Shown here piece by piece: positions 59,178 to 64,000 of a stretch of 64,000 nucleotides of DNA. Both the position numbers and the translations under genes were made by a program. The stretch is taken from NCBI GenBank assembly GCA_047495785.1, contig JBLDXI010000003.1, forward strand, positions 3,906,001 to 3,970,000, given 5' to 3'. The stretch's first letter is position 1. Each line of letters begins with the position of its first letter. The notes beneath the pieces are model-generated. The model worked only from the letters and a program-made list of their open reading frames with translations. It was not told the origin of the DNA and searched no databases. The stretch is from Lepidodermella squamata (taxonomy: Eukaryota > Animalia > Gastrotricha).

Positions 59178-60461
59178 TCAAACATAAGTTTCACAGAGAA
59201 ATCTAGGCGCAGTAATAATGTCGCAGCGTTGGTCGTATACTTCATAGCCGACAAGATAACCACACTTGTCACCCGCGGGGTGGCCGTTTGTCCAGGGCGG
59301 GAAGTCTTTGTACGGCGCGCCATCGTACCACGTCCATTTGCCTCGAACCAGCGACAGGCCAATTTGAACATACGTGGCTTGTCCTACAAACGCCTGATCG
59401 AGTTCCGCCTGGTTCTTGATGGTCGCCAGCATTCCGCCGATGCTCGCACAAGTTTTTACAGCAGCAGAGCGTGATACCAAATTTTCGTAAAGGATCAGCT
59501 TTTTGACAGCGCTTTGGCATGCCAGTATACTGGTGTAGGTCGTCGTCGGGTAGGGCCTTTCGCCGGGCCAGCAAGCTCCAGCTCGGCAGTTAACCACGCC
59601 ATGCGGCCCAAGGCAACGAAAATACCTGCCCGAACAAAAATTAGCTGGGATATTTAACCATGATTTAGTGAATTTAATTGCATTTAACCCTAATTTAAAG
59701 TGCCAACTTTCTTTCCTATGTCGTTGAGGCGAACCCCATGTTAAAAAAATAGCGGAAAAATGCGGCAATTTTTGGCGGATTTTCGGCCTATAGTCAATAT
59801 TTGTATGGTATGACATGAGTAAAGCGTTTATATCTGTACGGAGCCGCCCGAGATTTACGAGTCGGAACGAGCCGGAGGCGAGTTGCGATGAGTAAATCGA
59901 GTGCGGCGAGTTCAGATATGAACGATTTACGAATGTTATACCGTAAAATATCGAATTGTCATAGCGACTCGACCTATATTTTTGACGACAATTCTATATT
60001 TGTATGGTATAACGTGAGTAAAGAGTTCATATCTGAACGGAGCCGACCGAGATTTACGAATCGAAACGAGCCGGAGGCGAGTTGAGATGAGTAAATCGAG
60101 TGCGGCGAGTTCAGATATAAACGATTTACGAATGTTATACCGTAAAATATCGAATTGGCCAAGCTACTCGACCTATATTTTTGAAGACAATTCTATATTT
60201 AAACAACTCACCATTGTGGGCTAAACGTGTCATCCTCGATTGCATAGTAAAAATACGGCTGAGCATCGACTTTGTTCACATTGGAATTGGCATTAGTGTC
60301 GAAAGAAAAACGGCGCCATTTTTTGAACTTGTTTTGCCGTATATCGCTCGTCTCTGCAAACACGCATCCTGAGCGGAAAACACAAAACGTCTTGAGAATA
60401 GATGAAGTTTCAGAGAAAGTAAACCTAAAAGAATGACGCTCAAACCAATTGATAACTTCAT
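59178..60461 (-). CDS. Secreted C-type lectin domain protein, copy 2 (3 exons)
   Basis: Close paralog of 54170-54997 with the same exon structure; intron 2 is enlarged by insertions. Confidence 0.85.
59798..60200. repeat. Tandem dimer of a 199-bp palindromic unit inserted in lectin copy 2 intron
   Basis: Units offset by 199 bp (59807 vs 60006), absent from the homologous intron of copy 1; each unit folds as a GA-mismatch hairpin. Confidence 0.8.
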
Positions 60462-61714
60462 GGCTCGAAAAATTGTAATATATGTTTTGCTCGATTTGCT
60501 GTAATATATGATTTGCTCGATTGAATTGCGATTCGCGCGTGCCTCGCGATAGTCAAAATCATTAGTTGTCTCCGCACTAATTTTCAAAATTTCAAAGAAT
60601 ATCACCAGACGCACTTCCGCTATCACATTTTTCTCTCGAATCCGATCCTAGCGTTTGAAAATGCTTTGTTCCTTAGTTTCGACTACTGCTGCCAATCGAT
60701 GCTCATTAGATGCTAATAACACTAAGTCTCCTGTGGAAGATATAGGACATAATTGGTAAACGCTGCATGGCACATCACGAACATACTTAGCGCAGTTCGA
60801 ACGCAGTCAAAACCCTCCGTGTGCCATTTTTGGCACGCATGCCGATCAGTTTTCTTGGGTGCCACGATTGGTCCGCGTGCCAGAGGGTTTGATAAAACCA
60901 CTGTGCTAGACGATAGGTTGAAATAGACTCGCAAAATTCCGAATGTCGTGAATAAAAATAAAGCAACCTTCCGCTTGACCCGATTACATGAGGCCAATAA
61001 GTCTTATCGACCTTCCTCCAGGATCATTGTCTCATTAAATTGAAAATCATTGGCACGATTGGCAAAGACCGAGGGCTTCTCGACGAGCGCAAAAAGTTGC
61101 GCTCTGAAGATATGCAAAGGACAAAAACACCGCGTTCAAATGTCGAATATTTGCTCCAATTCTCAACACCTCACCATCATCCCATTCCTGGTGACAAAAG
61201 CCAACGGTGTCGGCCACGATGATGTTACTTTGCCGACCAGCGATGACATATTCGCTTCGAACAAAGAACAATTTCAGCACTCGACATTTGCTTTGACAAT
61301 GACTCGCAAATTTCTTCGCTGAATAGCACGTTAATCAGCCGAGAATTTCCAGATCCCGGCTGCTTCATCGATCGAAATGGCCATTCGATTCATTCGATCC
61401 ACCGATTCGATGTGAATTTGGGCTAACCTAAAATCATGCGAGCGAAATAATAATAATTTATCATGACCGTGCCTGCGCACTGAAATTGAGATCTCACTTG
61501 CGATCATAAATTATCACGTAGCTCAAAACTCTCACTTGAAATGAAAATTCATTTTATTGCCGGAGCTTGTAGAATTAAAAACAACAAAGTGTGCGCTAGC
61601 AACGGTATAACTCTATAGTGCCAAATTAAGGAACGCCCCCGGAAGATTCTGGGCTAAACAATTAATGTCGTGCTGTTTAATTGTTAACTTGATAGTTGAA
61701 TGCGGACCTAATGT

Positions 61715-63670
61715 CTAATGTCCACTTGGATTGCGCTGACCCTGGAGCAGGAGCTTAACAACCCTGCTGTGTTTATTGTGTTCAGCCATTGATCGTGCCG
61801 TTTTTCCATGAACATTTACAGCGTTGATATCGGCCCCAATTGCGATCAAATATTTCACAACGGCGTAACGATTTTCATGTGCCGCAGCCATCAGTGGCGT
61901 TGAGCCGGAATACCTTCGAAGGTTTATGTCGGCTAGCGGTTGTTCGGCCTCGGGTGTGCCGAATTCGCAAAGAGCTCGGACACAAAACAGTTGACCTTTT
62001 TCGGCAGCTTGATGGAGGGCTGATACTCCAAATTCGGTTTGCCGGTTAACAAATTTCCGCAACTCGCTCGCAGCTAATGCTGCATTTTTCTGCTGCTCCA
62101 GTCTCAATTTGGTCGAGAGGACCAACTTCAGAATTTCAACATGGCCACCGTCACAAATCGGTCGCAAACAGCTATCCCCGTTGCAGACTTGGAAACCGCC
62201 AATTTTCTTCCCATGAACGTTTTTGCTATACGAAGTATCGATTAATTCGAGAGGATTTGATCCTGAAGATAGGTACGACTCGACAACATCATAGGATCCT
62301 CTTACACAGGCTTCGAAAAATTCCTGTCAATTTCGAGGTTCACAAGACATTTCTTCATTTAAAAAAAATGAGACCTTTTCCTGGCGAATTGATGTTTCAT
62401 CGTTTTCGGAATGACGAGTCGTGGGATTGGTTGCAGTTCGATGGTCTCTCCGATTAGTGGGTTCGTGTCTTGGAACAATTTTGATACCTCCGAAATTCGA
62501 TGTAGGCGTCTTATTCTGGTCTATATTAAGAGCGATCTTGCTGTAAAGATCTACGACAGCGCCAACGAAATATTCATGGCCCAGAACCTGCGCCATGGTT
62601 GGCCTCTCAGCTGGATCTCGGTTGAGAAGATCGTAGGTGATTAGATTTCGCAGCTCTTTGCTCAGTGAATTTGGCAACAAAATTGATTTGATATGCAATC
62701 TAGAAATATAACGCAAAAATAACATTTTGAAATTATTTTATATGGAGGTACGTACCGTTTTATCGAAATCATGTAGGCATATCGATCGGATTCGTAAAAC
62801 TGGCAAAATAACATTTTCAGGGAATTTTGTATGGTGAAAATATTACCGGAAGCACAAGGCTCGCAATTTCGAACAAGGTGACCCCGAAAGCCCAAACTTC
62901 TGACTTAAAATCGTACTGCTTGTTAGATACTGGTAGGCCGCTTGCTTCAGGAATAAGCAGCTCAGGGGCAACGTGACTGAACGCTTTAACAAGCAACTTC
63001 TTCGGACAACTCTCGGAATTATGAATAAGCGGATTGAACATCTTTTCAGCTCCGAAGTCACCAAGTCTCACTATGCAATCGCCACTAAAAAAGATATTCT
63101 TAACGGGAAAAAGCGTATAATTTCCAGCGGAATCAAAGTAGGAAAATCATTACCTGGGTGGTGACATCCCTGTGGAGAATATTTTTGCTATGCAAATACT
63201 GAAGAGCTAAAGCGACCTGAGCGGCAATTTTGAGTACCGATTCTTCGCTGATCAAGTATCCTTTCTGTTTCACTTGCAAGATGGCTACTTTGAGTGTTAC
63301 CGGGTCGTTTGACGGAAAATGCTGTGCCACCAAATTGAAGCAATGTTTCTCTGTATGTAAATAATTAGGGAAGATTTGCAGTTTAATTGAATTCTCTCTT
63401 ACCGACAAAACAGCAGTAAATTTTTGTTAAATTAGGATGTGAAATTCCGGACAGTATTTCAGCTTCTTCGACGGCCGTAGCAATGAGCTGATCACGCCTC
63501 TCAGCAGGAATCCAACTTTCCAAGCCGAAGTCAATCTTCTTCAGAGCGTAGATTTCTCCATTAGAGATGCCACGAACGATGAACGTTGAGCTAAAACCTT
63601 TCTTTTTGCCAATTCGTTGAAGGACATCGAGCTGGTCTGATGCGGTGAAAATTGCTGCACCAGCTGACAT
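61715..63670 (-). CDS. NEK-like Ser/Thr kinase with C-terminal ankyrin repeats (multi-exon)
   Basis: YALKKI, EEAEILS.I.HPN, ALQYLHSKNILHRD, RLGDFG, APE, YDFKSEVWAFG, DPAERPT; then ankyrin repeats GVSALHQAAEKG, GSTPLMAAAHEN and GKTARSMA. Confidence 0.8.
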
Positions 63671-64000
63671 GCCGTTCCCTTCCCTAGTGGTTCTGTTTTT
63701 AACTTGGTCAGAATTATTTAAGGTAGATTGATTCCTCTTCGAATAAACAACGAATTGTTATATTGCTAATGCATTGAACAAAGGGGGTGGCTAGTTCAAC
63801 TGAAATGATCGGATAAATAGCATGTTAAATGTTGTCGAAAAATCAAGGAAATGGTCAATTAATGATCGAACAATCTGAAAAAAAATTGGACAGAAATTGG
63901 ACAGTTTAAAGTCATCTTGAGATATTTTCGAAATAGCCGCCCCCTTTCTTACTTAATTATAGATGACAAACAGGGGCTTCAATGCCTCTTCGTCTTCACA

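Noticed and set aside
60722-61322. Short ORFs between lectin copy 2 and the kinase gene
   Set aside because: No recognisable product or splice-consistent gene model.

Overview
Gene-dense window from a compact animal (invertebrate) nuclear genome with mostly ~45-60 nt GT-AG introns; the species cannot be determined from the sequence. The left half (1-32 kb) is packed housekeeping genes: MED23 (partial), C6orf136-like, CCDC17-like, ESCO1/2, a miniaturised 53BP1-like gene, HAUS3, UTP20, NFXL1, LAMTOR2, RPP30, FMC1 and HSP90B1. Several are co-oriented with 35-165 nt spacers ending in apparently unpaired splice acceptors, which suggests SL trans-spliced operons. FMC1 overlaps RPP30 and has no internal AUG, suggesting a leaky-scanning bicistronic mRNA. 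The middle holds a ROR/HR3-type nuclear receptor whose third intron carries an antisense cluster: tRNA-like element, U6, tRNA-Asp and U3. Each snRNA lies ~120 nt downstream of a tRNA(-like) gene and ends in oligo-T, hinting at tRNA-assisted Pol III transcription of U3. An intact, very young Ty1/copia element follows, then CCDC191 and a Tctex1-domain gene. The repeat-rich right end has two tandem C-type lectin genes, MITEs, GA-mismatch palindromes, a minimal hammerhead ribozyme and a NEK-like kinase-ankyrin gene. Gene names rest on remembered family motifs, not database searches.
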